The notes below the pieces were generated by a model that made no database searches, had not been told where the DNA came from, and saw only the letters and a program-made list of their open reading frames with translations. A program made the position numbers and the translations under genes. DNA of 46,127 bases from a virus. This document shows positions 1-7,656 of the stretch, one piece after another. The stretch lies in IMG/VR virus record IMGVR_UViG_3300048592_000656, one strand, 5' to 3'. Position 1 is the first letter of the stretch; every line of letters begins with the position of its first letter.

Positions 1-127
1 GACTTCCAGTATGTCAATCATCAAGCTCCACCAGGGTCAGGTCCAGGAGATCCCCTTCAAGCAGGGGGACAATCTCCTGGAGCTCACCAGAAACACGTTC
101 CACAGCAAGACCTTCACCGTGAGTCAC
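1..127. repeat. Terminal direct repeat, copy 1 (exact duplicate of 46001-46127)
   Basis: Read base by base: 1-127 (gacttccagtatgtcaatca...ccttcaccgtgagtcac) is identical to the last 127 nt. The repeat cuts through the first CDS (ATG at 11 equals ATG at 46011). Confidence 0.97.
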
Positions 128-400
128 CAGTACCCGGTGATGGTCGACAACGGCAAGCGGGAGGAGCACATCGTCGTCCTCTGTGATGACGAAGGGCTTC
201 TGATCAGCGGGATCGCACCGGAGTACGAAACCCCGACGCTTCTCCGACCGTGGGATGGTCACCCTCTGTTCGGGCCGATCCTGTTCACGCAGATCAGCAC
301 GGACCTCGAGGGTGAGCAGGACTTCGGGCCTCTCGATCCGCAGGTCCAGGACATCCTGATGGCCGCTCTGATCGTGCTCGGCTACCGGAAGGTGGGCTGA
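11..400 (+). CDS. Hypothetical protein (129 aa)
   Basis: ORF track. When the circle is closed a GGAG lies upstream (acgacGGAGacttccagtATG, 45991-46013). No motif recognised. Confidence 0.6.
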   Translation: MSIIKLHQGQVQEIPFKQGDNLLELTRNTFHSKTFTVSHQYPVMVDNGKREEHIVVLCDDEGLLISGIAPEYETPTLLRPWDGHPLFGPILFTQISTDLEGEQDFGPLDPQVQDILMAALIVLGYRKVG

Positions 401-402
401 AC

Positions 403-645
403 ATGGGGCTCGGACTCGACATCAAGGAGATCCTGGAAGACTACAAGGCGGCGGTCAAGCGCTACGAGAATGCGATCGACGAAGCCAGGGCAGCAGCGGA
501 AGACGCTGAATCGGCGATCGACGCTGCTCGGGTGCTCCGCACGGAGCAACTCGATCAATTTCTCCAGCTCTGCGACTTCGAGGTCCCGGATATGTCGGAG
601 ATTCCGAATCTTCGGAAGATCAGGGGGTACAATGAGCCGGTGTGA
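403..645 (+). CDS. Hypothetical helical/acidic protein (80 aa)
   Basis: ORF track. Starts 2 nt after the previous stop. Ala/Glu-rich helical sequence, no motif recognised. Confidence 0.5.
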   Translation: MGLGLDIKEILEDYKAAVKRYENAIDEARAAAEDAESAIDAARVLRTEQLDQFLQLCDFEVPDMSEIPNLRKIRGYNEPV

Positions 646-823
646 AGACTACCCCTGCTGTGGTCACGGGCCTCCGCCGATGGGCGACGGAGGTGGCTGT
701 CCCGACGCGGATGGCAGATTCGACTGCGTTCTCTGTGGTAGGAAACTGCCACGGCTGGCGACGTCTTCGATCTGCACCCAGTGTCGGAACAGCCGGAAAC
801 TCGAGGAAGAGGGGGACTGGTAA
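632..823 (+). CDS. Small Cys-rich protein (63 aa) with a CEDYPCCGH motif
   Basis: Internal ATG (632) of track ORF 470..823, with AGGGGG 5 nt upstream. Sequence MSRCEDYPCCGHGPPP...CVLCGRK...CTQC has 8 Cys in 63 aa. Confidence 0.5.
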   Translation: MSRCEDYPCCGHGPPPMGDGGGCPDADGRFDCVLCGRKLPRLATSSICTQCRNSRKLEEEGDW

Positions 824-1110
824 TGCCCCGACCCAAGCGAAAGGGCTCCTACCGGAAGCCCGAAGCCAAGAAGGACTGGACGTCACGGAGGAAGGCTCTG
901 TTCGAGAGGAACGTAGTCTTCGCCGCGACGCTCCGGTACTACCGCATCAGCAAGGACGTCACGGCCAGGGAACTGGCCCTCGAGCTCGGGGTCGCGGTCA
1001 CCACGGTTTACAACCGTGAGTCCGGGAGAATCAACCTCGACGATATCAAGGTCCACAAACTGATCGTCGCGATCAACCGGATCTCGAAGAAGATCCACAA
1101 AGCGGCCTAG
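823..1110 (+). CDS. Helix-turn-helix DNA-binding protein (95 aa)
   Basis: Internal ATG of ORF 781..1110 forming a TAATG overlap with the previous gene. Basic N-terminus, then an HTH-like segment VTARELALELGVAVTTVYNRESGR. Confidence 0.6.
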   Translation: MPRPKRKGSYRKPEAKKDWTSRRKALFERNVVFAATLRYYRISKDVTARELALELGVAVTTVYNRESGRINLDDIKVHKLIVAINRISKKIHKAA

Positions 1111-1187
1111 TCATCCGCAGGACGGCCACATAACCTGTGGTCGTCCGATCGATGGCTAATCCATCGACAACAGGGAGAAGGAAGGAA

Positions 1188-1289
1188 ATGGCGAAGCAAA
1201 AGACTCGAAGGCAAAGCAGCCGCGGAGTCAAGACCCTGCGAACGATCACGGAAGTCCGCCGGATTACCCGAACCTCATCAAGTGGATGA
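1188..1289 (+). CDS. Possible small basic ORF (33 aa)
   Basis: Not in the ORF track (too short). Strong SD GGAGAAGGAAGG just upstream of ATG 1188. MAKQKTRRQSSRGVKTLRTITEVRRITRTSSSG, stop TGA 1287-1289. Confidence 0.3.
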   Translation: MAKQKTRRQSSRGVKTLRTITEVRRITRTSSSG

Positions 1290-1334
1290 GGGGAAGGTGT
1301 TTTCCAGGCATGGAACAAGCTGAAAGGGCCTACT

Positions 1335-1613
1335 ATGCCCAGAAGGCACAATCTCCAGACTAGTCCTCAGTTCAAGTTCCTCGAGGCCGGGATGTGGGCA
1401 TCGTTCTACGAATGCCGACGTTGCAAAGTCAAGATCCTCATCGATCCCGAGATCAATGAGGGTTGGGAGATCGAACATCAGTGCGATCTCCGACAATGGG
1501 CTCGGGAACAGAAGCGTGAGAGAACCCGAAGAGCTCGGAAGAGGGAAAGGTATCTCCGATTGTACTCGGGGCGGCCTTTCACTTGGAAGGAGTTCCAGGG
1601 CTACCTCAAGTAG
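1335..1613 (+). CDS. Hypothetical protein with CxxC and a basic tail (92 aa; alternative start 1392)
   Basis: ORF track. YECRRCKV...HQC, then an Arg/Lys-rich C-terminus. ATG 1392 has GAGG 5 nt upstream. Confidence 0.5.
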   Translation: MPRRHNLQTSPQFKFLEAGMWASFYECRRCKVKILIDPEINEGWEIEHQCDLRQWAREQKRERTRRARKRERYLRLYSGRPFTWKEFQGYLK

Positions 1614-1621
1614 CACAGTTG

Positions 1622-1657
1622 GACCGGCGATCTCGCACAGGGGTCGCCGGTCTTTCT
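1622..1657 (+). terminator. Intrinsic-terminator-like hairpin
   Basis: gaccggcga (1622-1630) pairs with tcgccggtc (1644-1652), a 9-bp GC-rich stem with a 13-nt loop. It is followed by tttct and lies 9 nt after the stop at 1613. Confidence 0.6.
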
Positions 1658-1722
1658 GTGCAAATCAGGTGAAGTTCTGCCTTGAGACCGAGGTGAATTT
1701 CGTCGTTTACAAGAAGGCGTAA

Positions 1723-1735
1723 CCTGCGATATGAT
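1723..1735 (+). promoter_or_regulatory. Promoter-like motif CCTGCGATATGAT (member of the CCTGNGATAT family)
   Basis: Intergenic, 30 nt upstream of ATG 1766, with the -10-like TATGAT at 1730-1735. Embedded in the small inverted repeat gcgat-atg-atcgc. Confidence 0.45.
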
Positions 1736-1765
1736 CGCAATCGGTTCGCAACGGGGGGATCTAAG

Positions 1766-2026
1766 ATGAATCCGAAACCGATCAAAAATGCCCAGTATCG
1801 GCTGGGGCCGACTCTGTTTGTCGTCCACGAGGTGTCTCAGGGGCGACACGCTTTGTCGGTACAGTTCCGAGGTGAGATCGTTCGCGAGCCGGGGGCAATC
1901 GCCTCGGGCCGACTGATGGATCGATTGACCATCAAGTACAGGGATCGGGAGTTCCACGCGGTTATGCCCGAGCTGGGTCTACCTCGAATCTTCGAGATGA
2001 CCGCTCTGGTGCCGTGGAACCGCTGA
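1766..2026 (+). CDS. Hypothetical protein (86 aa)
   Basis: ORF track. GGGGGAT SD upstream of the ATG. No motif recognised. Confidence 0.5.
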   Translation: MNPKPIKNAQYRLGPTLFVVHEVSQGRHALSVQFRGEIVREPGAIASGRLMDRLTIKYRDREFHAVMPELGLPRIFEMTALVPWNR

Positions 2027-2292
2027 GGTACACCCTAGAGGTCATCGTCCGAGAGGGTCCCATCGTAGGATTCAGGGACCCTTTCGGACAACCCCTCTGG
2101 GCGTACCACAAGATGTACGAAGTCTCAGTGTCAAATCAGTTCGCCTCATCCCACAACTTCTTTGAAGCTGTGGAGGAGGTCAATGAGTCGATTGCCAAAA
2201 TGACTCGACTCATGAACGATCTTGGGATAGTCGTACACTACAAAGTCCGAAGCTGTCATCACGTGTTTTTCCAGGAGTTCATCGCAGAATGA
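2014..2292 (+). CDS. Hypothetical protein (92 aa, GTG start)
   Basis: ORF track. Overlaps the neighbours by 13 nt and 4 nt, typical operon packing. No motif recognised. Confidence 0.45.
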   Translation: MEPLRYTLEVIVREGPIVGFRDPFGQPLWAYHKMYEVSVSNQFASSHNFFEAVEEVNESIAKMTRLMNDLGIVVHYKVRSCHHVFFQEFIAE

Positions 2293-4241
2293 GTTTGGAA
2301 CCCGATGTCGAGTTCTTGGAGTCTATCTTCCAAGAGCAGCCTGGAAAATACATCGCACTCTCGAGGAAGAAACAAGGCAGGTGGAAAGATCTTTTCTTCC
2401 CGAACCTAGAGGAAGCTGTCAACTGGATCAAGCGTCAATCAAATGACACAGACGTCTACTTTTGTCCGACCAAGCTCACTAGACGACGCCGGAGAAAGGA
2501 GTACGTCGCCCCGTCTAAGTTCCTGTGGGCTGATCTAGACGAAGCCGATCCGCGTGACTTGAAGCAAGCGATCAAGCCTACACATGCCTGGGAATCCAGC
2601 CCAGGGCGATTTCAGGCTCTATGGGAACTCGATAAGGCATATTCCCCACAGGAAATCGAGGGTCGCAACAAGGGGATTGCCGAAACTGTAGGCGCAGACA
2701 TTAGTGGTTGGGACTTGACACAGGTCCTTCGCGTCCCCGGAACATACAACAACAAATACCCCTCCCAGCCTCACATCGCCAAGATGTGGATCGATCACTC
2801 TGCTATTCGACCCCTCGTGAACTACCCAGATGCGTCGATAGCACCAATTCCAGACGACGAACAGGACACTTCGCTGGTCGCTAATCGCGCGTTCGTATCG
2901 CGTCTTTTGCGACCCTGGCGACATGCGATTCCGAAGAAGGTAGTCAGGTTGCTGCTGTCTGACAAGGCTACCACAGGTAAGCGATCAGACATGCTTTGGT
3001 ATATCGCTCACGAGTTGATTAAAGCTCGTGTGCCCGAGGATACAGCATTCCAGGCGATCAGGAACTCGGTATGGAACAAGTATCGAGGACGCCGGGATGA
3101 AATCCAAAGGCTTCAACATGAAATTGAAGAGGCTAGGAAAAGAGAGCGGCCTCAAGACGAAGCGATGGATCGCGAAAGACCGCTCTTTTCCATTGTAGAC
3201 CATCTTCAATTGATGGCTTCAGTTCACAGCAGGCCAAACTGGCTCATCGAGCAGTTTTGGTCTTACAACAGCCACGGGATCATCGCAGGCGAACCGAAGA
3301 CGTTCAAGTCTACGCTATGCCTCGATATGGCTATCTCTGTGGCATCGGGGACACCGCTCTTTGGCACATACAAGGTCACTGAGCCTGGGCCTGTTCTAGT
3401 CATCCAGAACGAGAACTCGGATTGGATCATGCAGGACCGCTCGAGGAAAATCTGTGCCACAAGAGGACTCGTTGGGGAAATGCATAGGAGAATCGATGAC
3501 GAGATCATCGTCCATGCACCTCCCAAGCTTCCCATTTACTACGTGAACCAACAAGGCTTTTCCTTCACCGATCCGATGCATACCGAATTCATCGAGGCTT
3601 GGTGTCAGGCGATCAAACCTAGGATGATCGTGTTCGATCCCTTGTATCTCATGTTCGACGGTGAGCTCAATTCCTCGAAAGACTTGAATCCCGTCCTTAG
3701 CTACCTCTTGTATCTCAAACAGGAATACAAGACAGCTATTGTCCTCATTCATCACTGGAACAAAGGTGGTCTCAGTAGTCGAGGTGGCCAACGAATGCTT
3801 GGATCTACAACCCTTCATGGTTGGACCGAATCGGCTTGGTACCTCAGCATCCGAGGCGTTGAGATCGAGAAGAAGGGCGAAGAGGAAGAAGATGAGCCTA
3901 CTGGAGTTCGACCCGCACTAGCCAAGCTAGTCATGGAACGCGAATTCCGTGGTTCTGGTATCTTCCCGAAGGTAGAGATGACTGTGGCAATGGGCGAATA
4001 TGGCAATGATCTTTATGCCGTCAACTTCGATTCCTATAAGCCACAGGCGCAACCGAAAGCATCTCGAGACGACCTCGAGGGCGATATCCTGAATCAGCTC
4101 CAGCTGAATGGAAAAGCTTCTCTTAAGAAGCTATCCGAACTTGTAGGAACTAGCCGTCGACTTGTAAGAGAGGTTACAGTGTCGATGGAGAAGAAGGGGA
4201 TATTGAAGAAGGTGGGCCAGACATACTCGGTGAAGGGGTGA
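2289..4241 (+). CDS. Bifunctional AEP primase-polymerase / RecA-like (RepA/AAA_25-type) helicase with a C-terminal winged helix
   Basis: N-terminal AEP motifs: WADLDEAD (DxD), SSPGRFQALW (sGxG.h-like), DLTQVLRVPGTYNNKY. Central P-loop IIAGEPKTFKSTLCLDMA, Walker B-like MIVFDPLYLMFDG and LIHHWNK. C-terminal LKKLSELVGTSRRLVREVTVSMEKKG. Confidence 0.85.
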   Translation: MSLEPDVEFLESIFQEQPGKYIALSRKKQGRWKDLFFPNLEEAVNWIKRQSNDTDVYFCPTKLTRRRRRKEYVAPSKFLWADLDEADPRDLKQAIKPTHAWESSPGRFQALWELDKAYSPQEIEGRNKGIAETVGADISGWDLTQVLRVPGTYNNKYPSQPHIAKMWIDHSAIRPLVNYPDASIAPIPDDEQDTSLVANRAFVSRLLRPWRHAIPKKVVRLLLSDKATTGKRSDMLWYIAHELIKARVPEDTAFQAIRNSVWNKYRGRRDEIQRLQHEIEEARKRERPQDEAMDRERPLFSIVDHLQLMASVHSRPNWLIEQFWSYNSHGIIAGEPKTFKSTLCLDMAISVASGTPLFGTYKVTEPGPVLVIQNENSDWIMQDRSRKICATRGLVGEMHRRIDDEIIVHAPPKLPIYYVNQQGFSFTDPMHTEFIEAWCQAIKPRMIVFDPLYLMFDGELNSSKDLNPVLSYLLYLKQEYKTAIVLIHHWNKGGLSSRGGQRMLGSTTLHGWTESAWYLSIRGVEIEKKGEEEEDEPTGVRPALAKLVMEREFRGSGIFPKVEMTVAMGEYGNDLYAVNFDSYKPQAQPKASRDDLEGDILNQLQLNGKASLKKLSELVGTSRRLVREVTVSMEKKGILKKVGQTYSVKG

Positions 4242-4267
4242 GTTTTTTCGTACGGACCTGCGGTCCA

Positions 4268-4280
4268 CCTGTCCTATAAT
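4268..4280 (+). promoter_or_regulatory. Promoter-like element CCTGTCCTATAAT (-10 TATAAT 4275-4280)
   Basis: Intergenic, after the PrimPol-helicase stop. TATAAT is followed by 7 nt (gcaattg) and then an in-frame ATG at 4288. A T5-6CGT run lies 27-32 nt upstream, as at 4916 and 8138. Confidence 0.5.
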
Positions 4281-4506
4281 GCAATTGATGGGGGGCGAAA
4301 TGATGACACGGCTACGAAGGATGCGAGAAGAGCGAGGATGGACTCGAGCAGATTTAGCCCGTCGGGCTCGAGTCTCTCTTCGTACTCTATACACCGCTGA
4401 AAAGACGGGTAACATCTCACAAAGGAAGAAAGTCCGAATCGTCCGGGTCTTCGGACTTTCCTGGCAAGAAGTATCCGAGGTCTTTTCCATGGTGGAACAT
4501 GTTTAG
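4279..4506 (+). CDS. XRE-family helix-turn-helix regulator (75 aa; probable real start 4288 or 4300)
   Basis: MTRLRRMREERGWTRADLARRARVSLRTLYTAEKTGNIS is a classic XRE/Cro-CI HTH. The track start 4279 lies inside the TATAAT box; ATG 4288 fits a leaderless start. Confidence 0.75.
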   Translation: MQLMGGEMMTRLRRMREERGWTRADLARRARVSLRTLYTAEKTGNISQRKKVRIVRVFGLSWQEVSEVFSMVEHV

Positions 4507-4903
4507 AGTAGTCATACGATTCAAAGATGAATCTAGAATCATCTCCAGGTTCTACAAGAAGACCGATGCCGAGGTTTTCAAGAGGATCTGTGAAGAACAA
4601 ATCAAACCGCCGTTCCTGCACGAGATATACGTCATCAATGCCCTTCGATGCATACCTCGTCCAGCGGACTTTCCAATCAACCGAAGGGAAAAGACAAATC
4701 GTCTCTGGTGTACGATCTGTGGATCTTTCCAAGTGTTCAAGCCTTGGACCAAGGGGATTCGTCGATGTCCTCGATGTGGAATCTCAGACCAGGACTTCAA
4801 CATTAGGAAAGAGAACGGATTGTTCCTGGATGACATCGAGTCGTTCATCCTCACAAGCAACTTCAGGTTCAAGGAAAAGAGGAAAGGCGAGGAGAAGAAG
4901 TAA
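4499..4903 (+). CDS. Hypothetical zinc-ribbon protein (134 aa)
   Basis: ORF track. CTICGSF...CPRCG (CxxC-x18-CxxC) and a Lys/Glu-rich tail. Confidence 0.55.
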   Translation: MFRVVIRFKDESRIISRFYKKTDAEVFKRICEEQIKPPFLHEIYVINALRCIPRPADFPINRREKTNRLWCTICGSFQVFKPWTKGIRRCPRCGISDQDFNIRKENGLFLDDIESFILTSNFRFKEKRKGEEKK

Positions 4904-4938
4904 TATCTCGCGGAGTTTTTCGTTCGACAGGTCGGCAA

Positions 4939-4952
4939 GCATGTTGTATAAT
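4939..4952 (+). promoter_or_regulatory. Promoter-like -10 (TATAAT 4947-4952) upstream of the nucleotide cassette
   Basis: Intergenic gcatgttgTATAAT. A T5CGT run (4916-4923) sits at the same ~27-31 nt distance seen at 4243 and 8138. GGAGGTGG SD, then GTG 4979. Confidence 0.4.
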
Positions 4953-4978
4953 TCAACCCTAAGTATCGGAGGTGGATC

Positions 4979-5497
4979 GTGATTATCGTTGAGGGAATGG
5001 ACAACTCGGGCAAGACCACACTCGTGAACTATCTCGCGGAGACTTTCAACCTACCCGTCATACACTCGCCGGGTCCAAAGGCCGATCTCAATTACTTCAT
5101 GGTCGAGGCCATGATGACTGAGCTGAAGAACGAGCAAGTCATCTATGACCGATTCCCGGCATTCAGTGAAAGGGTTTACGGCCCGATCCTCAGAGGCCGA
5201 GATCACATCCAAGAGCGATACTTGGTACTGCTCGCCGCTCTCAAACCATACATCATCCACTGTGACCCAGGTCTGCACACAGTCCTGAGCACGATCAAAG
5301 ATCGTGAACAAATGGAGGGTGTCGAGGATCAGGCAGAACGTCTTTATCATCGGTATGAGAAGATCATGTTTCCCGAGGGAAACAAGCTTTTCTCTTTCCA
5401 TGTGACTCGATACAACTGGCATCATGAGATGTCTTACTCCTACATCAAACACAACGTAGCCCATTACCTCCAAACCCGAAAGGACAACCCGTGGTAA
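4979..5497 (+). CDS. dNMP kinase / thymidylate-kinase-like P-loop protein (172 aa, GTG start)
   Basis: N-terminal MIIVEGMDNSGKTTLVNYL matches the IxxEGxDGsGKTT P-loop signature of dTMP/dNMP kinases. First gene of the cassette. Confidence 0.65.
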   Translation: MIIVEGMDNSGKTTLVNYLAETFNLPVIHSPGPKADLNYFMVEAMMTELKNEQVIYDRFPAFSERVYGPILRGRDHIQERYLVLLAALKPYIIHCDPGLHTVLSTIKDREQMEGVEDQAERLYHRYEKIMFPEGNKLFSFHVTRYNWHHEMSYSYIKHNVAHYLQTRKDNPW

Positions 5498-5919
5498 ACA
5501 TCAAAGACATCGACCAAATGGAAAAAGAAGAAGATCATGGCCTCAAAGACAAGCTGGAAATCCTCTGGTGGAGACAGGGCCAGCTTCGATCTCGGTATGC
5601 AGAGATCGAGATCAAGAATGGTTTCCACGTGCCTGCTGGCGTGGCAGATCTCGACAATGCCAAGGATCAGCATTTCCTCAAAGACTTCGCCTGGCGAATC
5701 ACGGAGGAACTCGGCGAGGCAATGAACTGCCTCAAGAACAAGCCGTGGAAGCAGACGCACATGGAGACCGACAAGGAACACTTCGTGGAGGAGGTGATCG
5801 ACGGCTTCCATTTCTACATCGAAATGATGCAATGGATCGGCATCACTCCCGACGACCTCGTCGATCTATATCTCAAGAAGTCTCGAGTCAACAAGTTCCG
5901 TCAACGGAGCGGGTACTGA
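5491..5919 (+). CDS. All-alpha NTP pyrophosphohydrolase (dimeric dUTPase / MazG-like family)
   Basis: ITEELGEAMNCLKNKPWK...EHFVEEVIDGFHFYIEMM...YLKKSRVNKFRQRSGY resembles the dimeric dUTPase (dUTPase_2) pattern: ExxE, KxWK, ExxD, and a C-terminal K..N..R..gY. GTG start with a GAAAGGA SD. Confidence 0.6.
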   Translation: MVNIKDIDQMEKEEDHGLKDKLEILWWRQGQLRSRYAEIEIKNGFHVPAGVADLDNAKDQHFLKDFAWRITEELGEAMNCLKNKPWKQTHMETDKEHFVEEVIDGFHFYIEMMQWIGITPDDLVDLYLKKSRVNKFRQRSGY

Positions 5920-6167
5920 TGAAGCTCAGGCAGAAGCGATATATCTACGAAATCATCTTCAAATCGAAGCAAGGAGAAGTCACAAGAGCCGAGTTCGGTC
6001 CATGCCTCAACCCACCGAAGAGACTCAGCGTCAATGAAGACGGAGTCATTCGGATCGGGGTCTTTTCACACTGGTTCAAGGTGATCGACACAGACCGATA
6101 CTACGCGGTCTACAACGAAGAAGAAAGGGCACAAGTTGCTGACGATTCAGTCCAAGACGCTCTATAG
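5919..6167 (+). CDS. Hypothetical protein (82 aa) inside the nucleotide cassette
   Basis: Internal ATG of track ORF 5568..6167 forming an ATGA-type overlap (TGATG at 5917-5921) with the upstream gene. MKLRQKRYIYEIIFKSK...; no motif recognised. Confidence 0.5.
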   Translation: MKLRQKRYIYEIIFKSKQGEVTRAEFGPCLNPPKRLSVNEDGVIRIGVFSHWFKVIDTDRYYAVYNEEERAQVADDSVQDAL

Positions 6168-6957
6168 GTGCTGGAAAGACCTCAACCGAGGCTTCCTGAA
6201 CCCGGAGCTCGACAACACGGGAATGCTCATTCCCAACCGAGACTTCTCGAGGGTCATTCCACACGTTCGTCTAGTGGCCGAAGAGGGGTTCGGCCTTCCG
6301 TCGAACCTCAACAAGCTGCCTCAGTTTTTCTCCAACTATGATCGGCGAATGACCCTTCTGGGAAATCGCTACATCGATCCCGAACTGTGGCAGGAAGGCG
6401 TCGAACGGCTCGTGGCTCGACGAAGTCGAATGGCACGGACCAATCCGCTCAGCTTCGTCATTCCGTTCCACAGGAGGGCAACCAGCGAGCGAAAGGTACC
6501 GGCTGGTGGTGGGTGCCTGCAGACCATCACGTTCATCTGGGTGAACGGCCGATGGGAACTTCACGTCGCACTTCGAGCTTCCGAGATCACCGCAAGACTG
6601 ATCGCCGACATGCTGTTCGTGAAGCGATCCGTCAATGCCATCGTCGAGGAAGTCAACTTCAAGAAGTGGGAGCCCAAGACTCGGATCGTGTGGGACATCG
6701 CTCTGGCTTCCCAGATGAAGTACTTGGTACCCCTCTACGTCCTGTTCGCCGAAGGAGAGGGTCAAGTCATCAACGAGTACACTTCGGGAAAGCCTGAAGG
6801 TATCTGGCAAAACATTATCTGGGAGCACTTCTGGGATACGTTCATCTATCCCGAACGGATCACGTGGGCACAGCGCCGAAAGTGGTCCGAGAAGTTTCTG
6901 GAAATGACCAGCGCACCCTGGGCCAAGCTGGCCAAGGCAGGAAGGGACTTCAAGTAA
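6136..6957 (+). CDS. Divergent thymidylate-synthase-fold (ThyA-like) paralogue 1 (TTG start; alternative ATG 6223)
   Basis: Core GGGCLQTITFIWVNGRWELHVALRASE reproduces the ThyA active-site spacing C-x5-F-x4-G-x8-R (E. coli [23 protein letters not shown]). The N-terminal half is unlike canonical ThyA. Confidence 0.45.
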   Translation: MLTIQSKTLYRCWKDLNRGFLNPELDNTGMLIPNRDFSRVIPHVRLVAEEGFGLPSNLNKLPQFFSNYDRRMTLLGNRYIDPELWQEGVERLVARRSRMARTNPLSFVIPFHRRATSERKVPAGGGCLQTITFIWVNGRWELHVALRASEITARLIADMLFVKRSVNAIVEEVNFKKWEPKTRIVWDIALASQMKYLVPLYVLFAEGEGQVINEYTSGKPEGIWQNIIWEHFWDTFIYPERITWAQRRKWSEKFLEMTSAPWAKLAKAGRDFK

Positions 6958-7655
6958 TGCGAATCTACAAGACTTTCATCGAAGCAGTGAGCGAGATGCG
7001 ACGGGACCTCAAGGAAATGGGTATCGAGGTACATACCCAGACATACCAAGACAAGCACATCGGTCTCGACCCGAAGATGGCAACCCTCGAGCTCCAGAAC
7101 TACATCTTCACAGTCACGTACCCCAGCCTGGCCGACCTCGAGCCGGTTCAGCCCTGGGCTGATCTGGAATTCGAGGAGAGGGTTCGCCCTCCGCACCCTC
7201 GTGGCGTGAACCCGGGTGAAGCCTACAAGGCTCGAATCGACGTCTGGGAGCAATTCCTCGAGCGCGATGGCTGCTTCGGGTACACTTACTCGGATCGAAT
7301 CAACAACAACGATGGAGCCAGCCAAGTCGATCAAATCGTCAGGGCAATTCAAATCGATCCGAGCTCGAGACAGCTCTTCATGTCGATCTGGGAGCCCGAG
7401 GACCTTTTCAACATCGGAGGAGCTCGTCGAGTCCCGTGCACGCTGGGCTATCACTTCCAGGTTCGACGAGGTCGGCTCAACATCACGTACCTGCAACGAT
7501 CCGCTGACATGGCCACCCACCTTCAGAACGATCTCTATCTGGCTGCCCGGATGCAAGCTCACGTCGCTGAACTGACTGGGTATGAGGTAGGTACCTATAC
7601 CCACTGGTTCGGCTCCCTCCATGTCTTCAAGAAGGACGTCGAGGGCGTATTCTAG
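6957..7655 (+). CDS. ThyA-family enzyme, deoxypyrimidine-monophosphate hydroxymethylase/methylase-like (232 aa)
   Basis: Internal ATG of ORF 6864..7655 (TAATG overlap at 6955-6959). DPSSRQLFMSIWEPEDL, RRVPCTLGYHFQVRRGRLNITYLQRSADMATHLQNDLYL and GSLHVF align with the ThyA motifs sRR.i.s.WnP.d, PC...F.V..G.L....QRS.D......N and gd.H.Y. Confidence 0.8.
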   Translation: MRIYKTFIEAVSEMRRDLKEMGIEVHTQTYQDKHIGLDPKMATLELQNYIFTVTYPSLADLEPVQPWADLEFEERVRPPHPRGVNPGEAYKARIDVWEQFLERDGCFGYTYSDRINNNDGASQVDQIVRAIQIDPSSRQLFMSIWEPEDLFNIGGARRVPCTLGYHFQVRRGRLNITYLQRSADMATHLQNDLYLAARMQAHVAELTGYEVGTYTHWFGSLHVFKKDVEGVF

Positions 7656-7656
7656 C

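Noticed and set aside
470-1019. Track ORFs 470..823 (full length), 642..1019, 555..836 - and 620..886 -.
   Set aside because: They are overlapping alternative frames with Arg/Ser/Gly-rich products. Only the 3' part of 470..823 (from ATG 632, with an SD) and 823..1110 have start signals and sensible sequences.
4279-4506. Calling the phage temperate on the basis of the XRE/CI-like HTH and the divergent control region.
   Set aside because: No integrase, recombinase, excisionase, partition or plasmid-prophage genes were seen on either strand. An XRE HTH alone is common in virulent phages. Lifestyle is left open.
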